A DNA stretch of 49,210 bases from NCBI GenBank assembly GCA_046050355.1, contig JBJOPW010000007.1, positions 1 through 49,210 of the forward strand, read 5' to 3'. The DNA is from Candidatus Parcubacteria bacterium. Lineage in GTDB: Bacteria > Patescibacteriota > Minisyncoccia > Phycocordibacterales > UBA918. The stretch's first letter is position 1; each line of letters opens with the position of its first letter. Below the pieces are notes generated by a model that saw only the letters and a list, made by a program, of their open reading frames with translations, ran no database searches and had not been told where the DNA came from. Below, piece after piece: positions 17,815 through 27,874 of the stretch. The position numbers were made by a program, and so were the translations under genes.

Positions 17815-19985
17815 TAATCCTCTTCCACCACGTCCTTCACTCCTCTCGCTTTCTTGATGTCCATTGCCACGTTTGGTGGTACCACATCATAGTGATCAAA
17901 GGTCATGGTCATACTCGCGCGACCCTGAGTCATAGAACGGAGGGTATTCGTGTAGCCAAACATTTCAGAGAGCGGCACCTGGGCGGTAATCACCTTCTTG
18001 TCGCCAAGATCACCCATTCCTTCAACTTGACCACGCTTACTTGAGATATTGCCGTTGACGTCACCCATGAACTGCTCTGGGGTACGTACTTCAACCTTCA
18101 TCACCGGTTCAAGGAGAACCGCACCGGCCTTGGCCGCGGCCTCCTTAAAGGCGTAAATAGCAGCGAGCTTGAAAGCGATTTCACTTGAGTCCACATCGTG
18201 GAATGAACCGTCATAGAGCTCTACGGTAACATCTTCCATCTTGTAGCCGGCCACAAAACCGCGAGCCATCGCTTCACGACATCCCTTCATGACGGCTGGG
18301 ATGAATTCACCTGGAATCGCCCCTCCCTTGATACTGTTGACGAATTCAAAGTGATCTTCACGAGTAACGTTCTTTGGTACGTCCTTACCTTCTTCAAGCG
18401 GTTGCATTGGACGAATCTTAATTTTGACATGTCCGTACTGGCCACGACCACCAGACTGCTTGGCGTACTTGTAGTCCGCTTCAGCTTCGTGCTGAATCGT
18501 TTCGCGGTAGGCCACCTGTGGTGCACCAACGTTAGCCTCGACACCAAATTCACGCTTCATACGGTCAACGAGAATTTCGAGGTGAAGTTCACCCATACCT
18601 GCAATGATGGTCTGCATGGTTTCTTCATCGGTTGAAACGATAAAGGTTGGGTCTTCGTCAGCGAGCTTCTTCAAGGCTGTACCCATCTTTTCCTGGTCAT
18701 TCTTAGTCTTTGGCTCAACACTCATCGCCACCACTGGCTTCGGGAAGACAATCTGTTCGAGAATAATTGGGTTAGCTTCATCACAGAGGGTGTGGGAGGT
18801 TTTTACATCCTTCAGTCCCACTCCGGCTGCAATTTCGCCAGCGTATACTTCTTCAATTTCGGTGCGCTTATCAGCCTGGAGACGAACGATACGACCGAGG
18901 CGCTCTTTTTGTCCGGTAGTAGCGTTGTAGATATAACTACCAGCCTTCACCACACCTGAGTACACACGGAAGAACGTCAACTGTCCCACAAATGGGTCAG
19001 TCTGAAGCTTAAAGGCGAGCGCACAGAATGGTTCTTCGTCGGAAGCTCCACGAGTGATTTCACTATCATCTTTTGGATTAGTACCCTTCACTGCCTCGAG
19101 GTCAGTTGGAGCAGGAAGGTAATCAACCACACCGTCGAGTACGAGCTGCACACCAATATTCTTGAGGGCTGACCCAGTAAAGACTGGGAAGAGTTCATTT
19201 GCGATTACCGCCTTACGTAGTGTTGTTTTGATTTGTTCAAGCGTTGGTTGTTCACCACCGAGGTACGCTTCCATGAGCGCATCATCATGTTCCACCACTC
19301 GTTCAATAAGTTCGGCTCGGTACATGTCAGCATCATCCTTCAGTTCACTTGGGATTTCGTGCTCTATAATAGTAGTACCCATCTCACCCTCAAAGGTGTA
19401 CGCCTTCATCCGAATCAGATCTACCACCCCTTTGAACTGGTCTTCGGCGCCCCATGGCAATTGCACTCGTACCGCCTTCTTTGAGAGACGATCGAGGATA
19501 CTCTGGTATGACTTTTCAAACGAAGCACCAAGTCGGTCCATCTTGTTGATAAAACAGAGACGAGGTACTTTAGCTTCATCCGCATAACCCCAGTTAGTTT
19601 CTGACTGTGGTTCTACTCCTGCTACGGAGTCAAATACCACTACGGCACCGTCAAGCACACGCATTGAACGCTTTACTTCAGCGGTAAAGTCGATGTGACC
19701 TGGAGTGTCAATGATGTTAAAGGTGTACATCTGTGACTTATCCTTGCGGTCAAGTACATCAGTCTTTGACCAGTTACATGAAATCGCTGCCGCGGTAATG
19801 GTAATACCACGTTCACGTTCCTGTTCCATCCAGTCGGTGACCGTTGCACCATCGTGCACTTCACCGATCTTGTGTGACATACCGGTGTAGAAAAGCACAC
19901 GCTCTGAGGTGGTGGTTTTACCAGCGTCTACGTGAGCAACGATACCGAAGTTACGAAGTTTATTAAGGGGAAATTCTCGAGCCAT
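17814..19985 (-). CDS. fusA: Elongation factor G
   Basis: [44 protein letters not shown]. Confidence 0.98.
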   Translation of the reverse strand: MAREFPLNKLRNFGIVAHVDAGKTTTSERVLFYTGMSHKIGEVHDGATVTDWMEQERERGITITAAAISCNWSKTDVLDRKDKSQMYTFNIIDTPGHIDFTAEVKRSMRVLDGAVVVFDSVAGVEPQSETNWGYADEAKVPRLCFINKMDRLGASFEKSYQSILDRLSKKAVRVQLPWGAEDQFKGVVDLIRMKAYTFEGEMGTTIIEHEIPSELKDDADMYRAELIERVVEHDDALMEAYLGGEQPTLEQIKTTLRKAVIANELFPVFTGSALKNIGVQLVLDGVVDYLPAPTDLEAVKGTNPKDDSEITRGASDEEPFCALAFKLQTDPFVGQLTFFRVYSGVVKAGSYIYNATTGQKERLGRIVRLQADKRTEIEEVYAGEIAAGVGLKDVKTSHTLCDEANPIILEQIVFPKPVVAMSVEPKTKNDQEKMGTALKKLADEDPTFIVSTDEETMQTIIAGMGELHLEILVDRMKREFGVEANVGAPQVAYRETIQHEAEADYKYAKQSGGRGQYGHVKIKIRPMQPLEEGKDVPKNVTREDHFEFVNSIKGGAIPGEFIPAVMKGCREAMARGFVAGYKMEDVTVELYDGSFHDVDSSEIAFKLAAIYAFKEAAAKAGAVLLEPVMKVEVRTPEQFMGDVNGNISSKRGQVEGMGDLGDKKVITAQVPLSEMFGYTNTLRSMTQGRASMTMTFDHYDVVPPNVAMDIKKARGVKDVVEED

Positions 19986-20082
19986 ACTATATATATAAAA
20001 GTTTATTAATGTGCGTCTTTTGCAAAAACACGATTGGGGCGCGTACTAGAAAAGAAAAAGCCAATGAAGGCGTCGCGCGAGT

Positions 20083-20111
20083 ACTATACGGTATTTGGTG
20101 TCTTTCGGCAA
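20083..20111 (-). promoter_or_regulatory. Promoter for fusA
   Basis: TTGCCG-17 bp-TATAGT. Confidence 0.6.
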
Positions 20112-20157
20112 TAGGAAATGAAATGCCCGTGACCGGAAATAGCTGCGGGTGGTTTTG

Positions 20158-21483
20158 CTACGAGCCAAGCACCTTCATGGCCGCAAGTACCCGCTTAGCA
20201 CCGGCGATGTTCGCCCCCTTTACGTAGTCTATGCCCCACTCCTCACGGCCGGACTCCCGGCATAGTTCGTGGATACGTTCCATAATCGCCACCAACTTTT
20301 CTTCGACGTCTGCAGCTGTCCAGGGATAATGGGAGGCGTTTTGCGCCATCTCTAGCCCAGACACTGCTACCCCACCGGCGTTGCTCGCCTTCCCCGGAGC
20401 GTGAGCGATGTGGGCATCATGAAGGACTGCTACCGCCTCGTTTGAAAGCGGCATATTGGCACCTTCAACCACCAGTTTGGCATGACCAGCCATCACTTTG
20501 GCGTCTTCGACCGACACCTCGTTTTGGGTGGCGCAGGGAAAATAGCCATCAGCCGCAACCGACTGCCACGGTGTACCCAGAGTAAAGGTTGCCCCCGCTA
20601 TAGTAATGCTATCGAGATTAGCATCAGTCGCTTTGTGCGCCATAATCGCATCAATATCACTGACGGTCAGACCTGCTTCTTTATAGAGGTACCCCGTACG
20701 ATCTGACAGGGTGAGTACTAATGCTCCTTCCTCAACGAGTTTGCGCGCTGTGTGTTCGGCCACATTACCAGAGCCTGAGACCACCGACCGCAGGCCGACC
20801 AGTGTCTTCTCGGTTTCGCGGAGCATCGCCCGGGCAAAATATACAACTCCATGTCCCGTCGCCGCCGTTCGTCCATAGCTACCACCGATAAGTAGATCTT
20901 TACCAGTCATCGCACCCTCACTCCGATGGGTTAATTCTTTATACATGCCCATCATGTACCCAATTTCACGCCCACCAACACCCATGTCTCCTGCTGGGAC
21001 ATCCAGCTCAATCCCAATATGGTGATGGAGCTCAATCATGAACGCCCGACAAAAACTCCGGATTTCACTTTCACTCCGACCCTTGGGGTTAAAGTCACTA
21101 CCACCCTTGCCGCCGCCAAGTGGTAGTCCCGTGAGGGCGTTTTTGAAAATTTGCTCAAACCCGAGAAACTTGAGAATGTCTTCGTTCACACTTGGATCAA
21201 AGCGCAAACCACCTTTGTATGGTCCAAGGGCTGAATTAAATTGCACCCGGTAACCGATATTGTGTTCGATCGCTCCACGGTCATTCGTCCAGAGTACCTT
21301 AAAAGTAATGATGCGCTCGGGGATAGCGAGCCGTAAAAGCCGAGCATAATCATCACTGGTGGCACCAACTGATTTGAAATAAGGCTCAAGTGTCGTTACC
21401 ACCTCAGCCACCGCCTGAAGGAAGGTTGGTTGGTGCGGATAACGCGCTGATAACTCAGCCACTATATCATTGGTCGATGTCAT
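20158..21483 (-). CDS. gdhA: NADP-specific glutamate dehydrogenase
   Basis: GYRVQFNSALGPYKGGLRF, GGGKGGSDF, DVPAGD, SGSGNVA, EGANMP, NAGGVAVSGLEM. Confidence 0.95.
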   Translation of the reverse strand: MTSTNDIVAELSARYPHQPTFLQAVAEVVTTLEPYFKSVGATSDDYARLLRLAIPERIITFKVLWTNDRGAIEHNIGYRVQFNSALGPYKGGLRFDPSVNEDILKFLGFEQIFKNALTGLPLGGGKGGSDFNPKGRSESEIRSFCRAFMIELHHHIGIELDVPAGDMGVGGREIGYMMGMYKELTHRSEGAMTGKDLLIGGSYGRTAATGHGVVYFARAMLRETEKTLVGLRSVVSGSGNVAEHTARKLVEEGALVLTLSDRTGYLYKEAGLTVSDIDAIMAHKATDANLDSITIAGATFTLGTPWQSVAADGYFPCATQNEVSVEDAKVMAGHAKLVVEGANMPLSNEAVAVLHDAHIAHAPGKASNAGGVAVSGLEMAQNASHYPWTAADVEEKLVAIMERIHELCRESGREEWGIDYVKGANIAGAKRVLAAMKVLGS

Positions 21484-21523
21484 ACGTACCAGTATACGCC
21501 TGTTTGTCAGGGTCTACCAATAC

Positions 21524-22522
21524 TCACTCATCATCGCTTCCTGACTGATCAGAATGATCATCTTCTGTTTCTTTAGCTTCGTCTTCATCTTCTTTATCAT
21601 CGTCCTTGCCGGAGCCTGAGTGGTCGCCCTCGTCGTCTTTGTCATCATCGTGACGGTCACGGTCAGCAGACTCATCGTTTCGGTCATTGTACTTATCTTT
21701 GTGTGCATCTGATTCATCATCACGGTCAGCTTCCTCTTGTGATCCACTTCTCGTTTGTCGATTATTACTATCGTCCCCGTCACTACTACCCGAATGTTTC
21801 GTATCGCCACCATCGTCATCGCCATCACTATCGTCATTGTCGTTATACCGCACGGCACTTGCTTCACCCTCACGACTCCGAATCCGCCTATCCTCAGTCT
21901 CGATTTCAAAACGATCATCGTCAATCCGTAAACGGACATCGTCACCCTCCCGACCATGCACACGAACTCCATTAATGAGTGCTACGACTGCTTGGCGCCG
22001 TCCTTCGGTATCTGACTTCGGCAGCTGCTCCGCTTGACGCAGAAACTCATCCACCGCCCGGGTGATTCTCGCTTCGCCTCGTTCGGTAACAGACTCCTTA
22101 TTGGTGATGGTTGCAATTTCCCGCACAGCCTTGGCCAACTCTTCGTCAACGATAGCGGCGAGCTCTTGTTGCCGCTCATCCAAAAACTGCAACTGGAGGA
22201 CAGCTTTTTGTTCATTGTCGGCCAGCAAAAGTCGCACCGCTTCAGTCGCTTGATCAACTGGGAATAAAACGTCACCGGGTTTGGCTTTTTCGGACGCAGC
22301 GACCGTGCCACCGGTGGCAATAATGAAACAAACACCAACTACACCGGCCACCACCCGCGATGATGACTTTTCTAACCAAGCGGTATAGGGCGACTTGATA
22401 GCAATTGTCTCTTGATGCCCTGTAGCAACTTGGAACATGACATGAGCAAACATCGCTGCCCGAGCCGAGGTAGTTTGCTCCGGTCGGTTAGCTTCCATGA
22501 TTTCATCAATTCTATCTTTCAT
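21524..22522 (-). CDS. Putative anti-sigma / DUF5667-like membrane protein with long Asp-rich tail
   Basis: Downstream of ECF sigma; TM helix then AKPGDVLFPVDQATE...ERQQEL; acidic low-complexity C-terminus. Confidence 0.7.
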   Translation of the reverse strand: MKDRIDEIMEANRPEQTTSARAAMFAHVMFQVATGHQETIAIKSPYTAWLEKSSSRVVAGVVGVCFIIATGGTVAASEKAKPGDVLFPVDQATEAVRLLLADNEQKAVLQLQFLDERQQELAAIVDEELAKAVREIATITNKESVTERGEARITRAVDEFLRQAEQLPKSDTEGRRQAVVALINGVRVHGREGDDVRLRIDDDRFEIETEDRRIRSREGEASAVRYNDNDDSDGDDDGGDTKHSGSSDGDDSNNRQTRSGSQEEADRDDESDAHKDKYNDRNDESADRDRHDDDKDDEGDHSGSGKDDDKEDEDEAKETEDDHSDQSGSDDE

Positions 22523-22532
22523 GATGTTTGTC

Positions 22533-23063
22533 TTATGTCAGTAGAGTTCCTAATAATGCTTTTGCTCGGTGATGCCTCGTTCGAACCGCCCCTTCTTCCA
22601 TCGCCAAGAGTGTCGCAATCTCTTTAAACGTAAACCGTGACCAATGGTGCAACACCATAATCTCGCGTGAAGTATCATCAAGGGTCCGCAGTGCAGCGAC
22701 TATATCCTGGCGTCTGGTGGCAACCTCAAGACTTGCAGTTGGTCCGGCCTCATGTAGCACCGCCTCATCAAAAGTATCTGGGGTGTGCTTTTGATGCTCA
22801 TACACACGAGCGAGCTGCCGGCGGACAATGGTAAAAATATATTGATACAACTGTGGTGTTGTCGTGTAGGTAAACATAGGTAAGGCGCGAAAAAAAGCAA
22901 TGAGTGTCTCTTGCACCACATCAACGGCCTGTTCGGCATCATTGACGCGCGACCGCACGTAGGCAGAGAGCCGTGGTTCAAGCTCATCAAACAACGCTCG
23001 GTAAGCCAATTGGTCACCCGCCTTTGCGTTATTACACTGTGTTTGCCACTCGTGGTCATTCAT
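22533..23063 (-). CDS. ECF-type RNA polymerase sigma factor
   Basis: GD.LAYRALF, DVVQETL (region 2), FTFKEIATLL..EEGAVRTRHHRAK (region 4). Confidence 0.92.
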   Translation of the reverse strand: MNDHEWQTQCNNAKAGDQLAYRALFDELEPRLSAYVRSRVNDAEQAVDVVQETLIAFFRALPMFTYTTTPQLYQYIFTIVRRQLARVYEHQKHTPDTFDEAVLHEAGPTASLEVATRRQDIVAALRTLDDTSREIMVLHHWSRFTFKEIATLLAMEEGAVRTRHHRAKALLGTLLT

Positions 23064-23124
23064 AATGGTGCGCCCACTACCCTTTAATGGGTCACGGTGA
23101 GCAAAACGTTACAGCATGAATTGA

Positions 23125-24138
23125 TTACTCTCCACCCTCTGCCGCTGCATCGTCAGCATACTCCAGGGCAGTACCTTCGCGGACAAATACCATCGTGCTA
23201 CCGTCCGCGAGCGTAAAGGAGAGGTTGCCATTTTCCGCTTCGGCATACGACTTAATCTGGCTAATCATTTCAAAGTACGGACCTTCGTCTTTAGAATCAC
23301 AGAACTTCTTGGTGGCAGCCACCGCCCCAAAGCTCATGGCTGACGAAGTACCGGTTGGCGGTACATACTCACTACTACCGGTATTACAATCAGTGCCAAG
23401 TGATACTCGCGGTCCATCAAAGAGCATGGTGAAGACATTGGCGGTAGATGGTTTTACTACCGTCCCATCTGGTTTTGTGACATCCCGCCAGAGATAGTTA
23501 CCCTTGAACTCCTTGGCAGCCAAAGCTGCCTCCTGCCAAGGCTTTCTCCCCTCCTGTATAAAGGTGCCAGTGGTAATATCGATGATGGCGCTCGTTTGTA
23601 CTCCCGGCACTTCAGTCATAGCCTGATTACGGTCATGCACAAAGTAAGTCACGGTGACATTATTTCCCTCTCGTGTCACTTTTGTCACCCGAATCCGATC
23701 ACCCAGAAAAACCGACGTTGCATGATTAAAAGTCGTATCGGTTTCATCAATCAAAGCCAAATACACAAATGCGCCTGTGCCCGGGGTAGAGACGACAATT
23801 GGTACCGCCCGTCGACCATTTTGAAGATCAGTCGCAAAATCATCCATGGCATACAGTTGACCCTCTCCGGTGCCGGTTGCAAGCGTAAAGCGACTCATCG
23901 GATAATCTCGGGTGGCAGATGGATAAATTAAATTGAGTGTAATCTTTGTATCTGGTTGGTCTGGCACCACAAAGGTTTTACCTTTCATGCTGAATGCTAC
24001 TGGCGGAATAGTCCAGGCATTTGGGTCACGCGTATAGCGCGGAGGCTTTTCTGGTTCAAAAAAGAAATACCAGTACGCGATACCGGCCACAACGGCCAAG
24101 AGCACTACTCCTAATGCAGCAAAAAGATATTTTTTCAT
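23125..24138 (-). CDS. Membrane-anchored META-domain protein
   Basis: N-terminal TM; GTDCNTGSSEY...FGAVAATKKFC META motif; start at MKKYLF. Confidence 0.75.
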   Translation of the reverse strand: MKKYLFAALGVVLLAVVAGIAYWYFFFEPEKPPRYTRDPNAWTIPPVAFSMKGKTFVVPDQPDTKITLNLIYPSATRDYPMSRFTLATGTGEGQLYAMDDFATDLQNGRRAVPIVVSTPGTGAFVYLALIDETDTTFNHATSVFLGDRIRVTKVTREGNNVTVTYFVHDRNQAMTEVPGVQTSAIIDITTGTFIQEGRKPWQEAALAAKEFKGNYLWRDVTKPDGTVVKPSTANVFTMLFDGPRVSLGTDCNTGSSEYVPPTGTSSAMSFGAVAATKKFCDSKDEGPYFEMISQIKSYAEAENGNLSFTLADGSTMVFVREGTALEYADDAAAEGGE

Positions 24139-24177
24139 AACCAAACAAAAAACTATGACGGTAGTATACCAGAAGTA

Positions 24178-24806
24178 AACAACCACCGGACTTAGGTCCG
24201 GTGGCTTTGGTTCATCCTAGCCGGATGAACGTCATGCCTTCTACGAAGGCTTTGGTGGTAACTAAGAGATTAGTTTGCTAAATAGATTAGGTTGATCAAT
24301 TTCGTTGTGGTGGTGCTGGTGTTGCACATACCGCCTGATAATCATTTCATCCAGTCCGATGGTGGAGACAAAATAGCCTCGTGCCCAGAGACTTTCTCGT
24401 TCGTAGAGTCCGTGGGTACGTTTAATCTTTTTCTTCATCCAGGCTGATGATTTCCCCTTCAGTAACTGCATGATGTATGAAATGGAGTCTCTTGGTGATG
24501 CAGACAGTACAAGATGAATATGATCATCTTGTATATTGAGTTCGATGATTTCCCAGTGTTTCCACTTGGTAATTGATTCGAACGTTCTCCGTAATTCATC
24601 CTTTACCTTGGCTGGACCAAGTACCTTGCCGCGGTATTTGGGAGTCCAGACTAAGTGGTATTTCATTTCATAGTAACAGTGTGATAGTGTTTTGATGGTA
24701 CGTTTGCGCATACGTATTTGAAGTTATTACTAAAGCCGTGCTGCCGCACGGCTTTAGTATATGCGTTGCCTTCAAACGGACACTCCGGCTAAAGCCGGAG
24801 GTTTTT
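24178..24806 (-). mobile_element. IS200/IS605-family insertion sequence (tnpA only); boundaries approximate
   Basis: tnpA flanked by subterminal hairpins CCACCGGAC-TTAG-GTCCGGTGG (24183-24204) and CTCCGGCT-AA-AGCCGGAG (24783-24800). Confidence 0.8.
24262..24711 (-). CDS. tnpA: IS200-family Y1 HUH transposase
   Basis: YHLVWTPKYR, DHIH, LKGKSS, LWARGYFVST, IRRYVQHQ. Confidence 0.95.
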   Translation of the reverse strand: MRKRTIKTLSHCYYEMKYHLVWTPKYRGKVLGPAKVKDELRRTFESITKWKHWEIIELNIQDDHIHLVLSASPRDSISYIMQLLKGKSSAWMKKKIKRTHGLYERESLWARGYFVSTIGLDEMIIRRYVQHQHHHNEIDQPNLFSKLIS

Positions 24807-24812
24807 AGGGAT

Positions 24813-24844
24813 AAGAAAAAACCGACTGAACGTCGGTTTTTCTT
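24813..24844. terminator. Intrinsic terminator after ABC-F gene
   Basis: AAGAAAAAACCGAC-TGAAC-GTCGGTTTTTCTT. Confidence 0.7.
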
Positions 24845-24847
24845 TCT

Positions 24848-26326
24848 TTAGAGCGACTTTGCTAGGTCAAGAATCTCATCAATCCTAATTTGTTCAACAA
24901 AATCAGGCACGTGTGACACAAGAATCATGGCCCCTTTGTAGTTATGAAGGGCTTCAGCAATCACTGGAATATGACGGAAGTTAATGTGGTTAGTCGGTTC
25001 ATCAAGAATGAGGAGTCCCGGGCGTTCCATCGTAAGTTTCGCAAAGGCCACGAGCCCTTTCTGGCCTTCAGAGAGATTGCCAACTTTGTTTTTCATCACG
25101 TCACTATAGAGAAGAAAGCCGGCGGCAATCGAGCGCATATCTTCTTCGATTTTTTTCGGCATCGAATCCATCAAAGTTTCAAACACTGTTTTATCAAAAT
25201 CGAGGTTTGAGAAGTCTTGGCGGTAGTAGCCAATCTTGACACCGGGTGCCACGTGCTCACCTTTGGCATGTCCCGAGGCGAGGGATTCGAGTAATGTCGT
25301 CTTTCCGATGCCATTGGGTCCAATTATCTGTAAATGTGAACCACGTTTCAAAACCAAATCACAGGCAACTTCTTTTGGTTGGTGGTTCTTAATTACCTTA
25401 TAGGAAGTCAGGCGAACTACTTCGAGTGGCACTTCCCCTTGTGTTTCAATACTAAACGGGCGAATCGTGCGATCTTCTTTTCGAACGTCAACTTTATTCT
25501 CTTCAGCCTCTTCAATATCTTCACGCATGCGCTTGGCTACAAGACGCATCTTCCCACCTTTACTGGCAAAGAAGTTTACTTTGTCTTTGTCGGCTTGAAT
25601 CTGTTTGGCTAGTTGAGCGTTTTGTCGTTGTTCCTTTTCCACCCGCGCCGCAATATCTTTGAGTACCGTGTGATAGTTACCATTATACTGTTCTACCTGA
25701 CGATTCTGCGTATTGAGGTACAACACACCATCAGTAAATGAATTCAAGAATTCAGCATCGTGTGAAATTACCAGTACAGTCTTGCGGTATTCCTTGAGGA
25801 AGGTAGTGAGGTGTTCAATACCAGCAACATCGAGATTGTTCGTTGGTTCATCAAGTAAAAGTACATCCGGGTCTTGAATGAGGGCTTGGGCGAGGAGCAG
25901 TCGCGCTTGCTGACCGCCAGAAAAACTACCGATGACGCGATCTTTAAATGTGGCTTTCATTTTTTCGGTTGGAGTCAAATTGACAATTTCGAGCACCGCA
26001 TCTATCCGGGGATCAATATCATAAACCTTTTCCTTAAAACAGCTCTCAAAGAAAGTGCGTACCGTATGGGTCAGCTCTTCACGAGGAATGATTTGTCGAG
26101 CAATTGCAATCGTTGTGCGTGGTTGAATATTGATATCACCAGCATCGGGGTGCAGAGTGCCCGAAATGAGACCAAAAATGGTACTTTTTCCAGCACCATT
26201 TTGACCCATTAAGGTCATTTTGGCACCGCGACGCACCACAAAACTCGCCTCTTTAAGGATAGGGCGAGTGGGATCGTGTTCAAATGACACTTCACTAAAT
26301 ACAATGAGACCATCGGCGCGTGACAT
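24848..26326 (-). CDS. ABC-F family ATP-binding protein
   Basis: Two ABC domains (GQNGAGKST/FSGGQ/LLLDEPTN and GPNGIGKTT/LSEGQ/LILDEPTN), no TM. Confidence 0.93.
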   Translation of the reverse strand: MSRADGLIVFSEVSFEHDPTRPILKEASFVVRRGAKMTLMGQNGAGKSTIFGLISGTLHPDAGDINIQPRTTIAIARQIIPREELTHTVRTFFESCFKEKVYDIDPRIDAVLEIVNLTPTEKMKATFKDRVIGSFSGGQQARLLLAQALIQDPDVLLLDEPTNNLDVAGIEHLTTFLKEYRKTVLVISHDAEFLNSFTDGVLYLNTQNRQVEQYNGNYHTVLKDIAARVEKEQRQNAQLAKQIQADKDKVNFFASKGGKMRLVAKRMREDIEEAEENKVDVRKEDRTIRPFSIETQGEVPLEVVRLTSYKVIKNHQPKEVACDLVLKRGSHLQIIGPNGIGKTTLLESLASGHAKGEHVAPGVKIGYYRQDFSNLDFDKTVFETLMDSMPKKIEEDMRSIAAGFLLYSDVMKNKVGNLSEGQKGLVAFAKLTMERPGLLILDEPTNHINFRHIPVIAEALHNYKGAMILVSHVPDFVEQIRIDEILDLAKSL

Positions 26327-26422
26327 AGGTAAACACCATACACCATTTTTAGTGGTTTGTGAACAACAAACACTAGCTTGGGGGCTAGTGTTTTGTTTTG
26401 CTTTTTCTCAATGGCTCTGTAT

Positions 26423-27061
26423 TTATGGGCGAGGTACTGATATCCCGTCTATACCCTCCATCATTTTTTGCATCTCACTCATATCCATAAATTCGATAGT
26501 GGCAGGCGGTACAAACACCGACCCATCAACTCGCCATGGCTTACAGGTATAATCGACATCCATATCAGGAGTAACTGTCGGCGCATTAGTTGGAGTTTGA
26601 GGATTGTTCATAGGGGCTGGGGTTGTATCACCCGCTGACGAGATTGTCATCTTGATACCCTGATCTCCTTGGGTAGATCCCCATAGGTACATCGTGTTAC
26701 TCCTTTTATCCATAATCATGTACGAGGCAATATCTTCTGTTGCAGCTCTTTTAATAAGAGTATCCACACGCGCATTGTCGCCATCATAAAAAGCCGTTCC
26801 TTCTTGTACCATACCATCGGTCCGCACTACAAACGTACATTCTTGACTGCGCCCGAGCGCCATGAGGCCAAGGAGACTACCCTTGCCTGATGTCGTTTCA
26901 TCTTCTAGTGTCTCAATGGTTGCATTCTCAGCACTCGTATTGAGATTTTGACTATTATCTTCCACTGTTAAAGCGTCTTTGGTTACTTTTGTTGCGAGAT
27001 ACCCTCCCCCAGCAATTACCAATAGAATAAGCCCTCCTCCAATCATGATGTTTCGTTTCAT
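26423..27061 (-). CDS. Hypothetical membrane-anchored/secreted protein
   Basis: N-terminal TM; QECTF, MYLW, YTCKPWRVDGSVFVPP. Confidence 0.75.
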   Translation of the reverse strand: MKRNIMIGGGLILLVIAGGGYLATKVTKDALTVEDNSQNLNTSAENATIETLEDETTSGKGSLLGLMALGRSQECTFVVRTDGMVQEGTAFYDGDNARVDTLIKRAATEDIASYMIMDKRSNTMYLWGSTQGDQGIKMTISSAGDTTPAPMNNPQTPTNAPTVTPDMDVDYTCKPWRVDGSVFVPPATIEFMDMSEMQKMMEGIDGISVPRP

Positions 27062-27078
27062 ACATCAATTATACCACT

Positions 27079-27117
27079 GGGCACACAAAACCCGCCATTG
27101 GCGGGTTTTGTGTGCCA
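27079..27117. terminator. Intrinsic terminator
   Basis: GGCACACAAAACCCGCC-ATT-GGCGGGTTTTGTGTGCC. Confidence 0.8.
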
Positions 27118-27123
27118 TCATAT

Positions 27124-27204
27124 TTAGATAAGACTGTCTTTATCTTTTTTATCTTTCTTTGGTTTTTTTGCTTCTTTTTTATGTCGAAATTCACCTTTGG
27201 CCAT
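27124..27204 (-). CDS. Small Lys-rich protein, 26 aa (below ORF-track cutoff)
   Basis: MAKGEFRHKKEAKKPKKDKKDKDSLI*; TATACT upstream and terminator immediately downstream. Confidence 0.6.
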   Translation of the reverse strand: MAKGEFRHKKEAKKPKKDKKDKDSLI

Positions 27205-27261
27205 ATATCTAATCTTAACTGCTCTTACTAGTATACAACTTGTCCTCTCATACGAACATCT

Positions 27262-27825
27262 CTATTCTGCAAACAACACGGGGATTTCGTGCGAAGCATC
27301 ATGTTCTGGCAATCCTGACGGATTATCCTTTTTTAGGATCAGTGATCCCCGCTTCATAAAATCTGGATCGCCTACTTGGTACGGTGAGGTAAAGGTGAGA
27401 CTGGCGGTAAATGGCACAAACTCACTAGTCATCCAATCACCCTGGGCCGTAGCAATTCCTTCAGCAATAATGAGTCCGTCCCAATTGGTCAAAACCACCG
27501 GGAATGACCCTTCAAAATACCAACCTGCCGCGGCACCAGTGAGAGTAAGGGGGCTCGTCACGACAGTGTTTGGTTGGGGCGAAGTCAGTCGTACTCGTTC
27601 AGTGGTGGTAACAGTCGGACACACGAACTCGCAGTTTGGCCCAGTGCGCCCGACATACGAACCATCCGGACACTGCATGGCGTCTTGTTTACACATCGTA
27701 CCTTCAGGAAGTGGCGACGGTACCATCCCCTCTGGCTGCGGAGCAGTGACCCGGCCAATCATCAACCCACCAAAAAATACCACAAGGACTAGTAAGGCAA
27801 CCGTCAGCGCAATGAGGTGCTTCAT
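27262..27825 (-). CDS. Gmad2 immunoglobulin-like domain protein with Cys-rich motif
   Basis: TM; CKQDAMQCPDGSYVGRTGPNCEF; SPLTLTGAAAGWYFEGSFPV...KDNPSGLPE. Confidence 0.8.
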   Translation of the reverse strand: MKHLIALTVALLVLVVFFGGLMIGRVTAPQPEGMVPSPLPEGTMCKQDAMQCPDGSYVGRTGPNCEFVCPTVTTTERVRLTSPQPNTVVTSPLTLTGAAAGWYFEGSFPVVLTNWDGLIIAEGIATAQGDWMTSEFVPFTASLTFTSPYQVGDPDFMKRGSLILKKDNPSGLPEHDASHEIPVLFAE

Positions 27826-27874
27826 ATTGGTATAGTATAGCAAAAAATGCCCACCGTGTGGTGGGCATTTTTTG

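Noticed and set aside
24178-24261. tnpB or omega-RNA associated with the IS200 element
   Set aside because: Only ~60 bp separate the tnpA stop from the end hairpin; no tnpB ORF or remnant seen.
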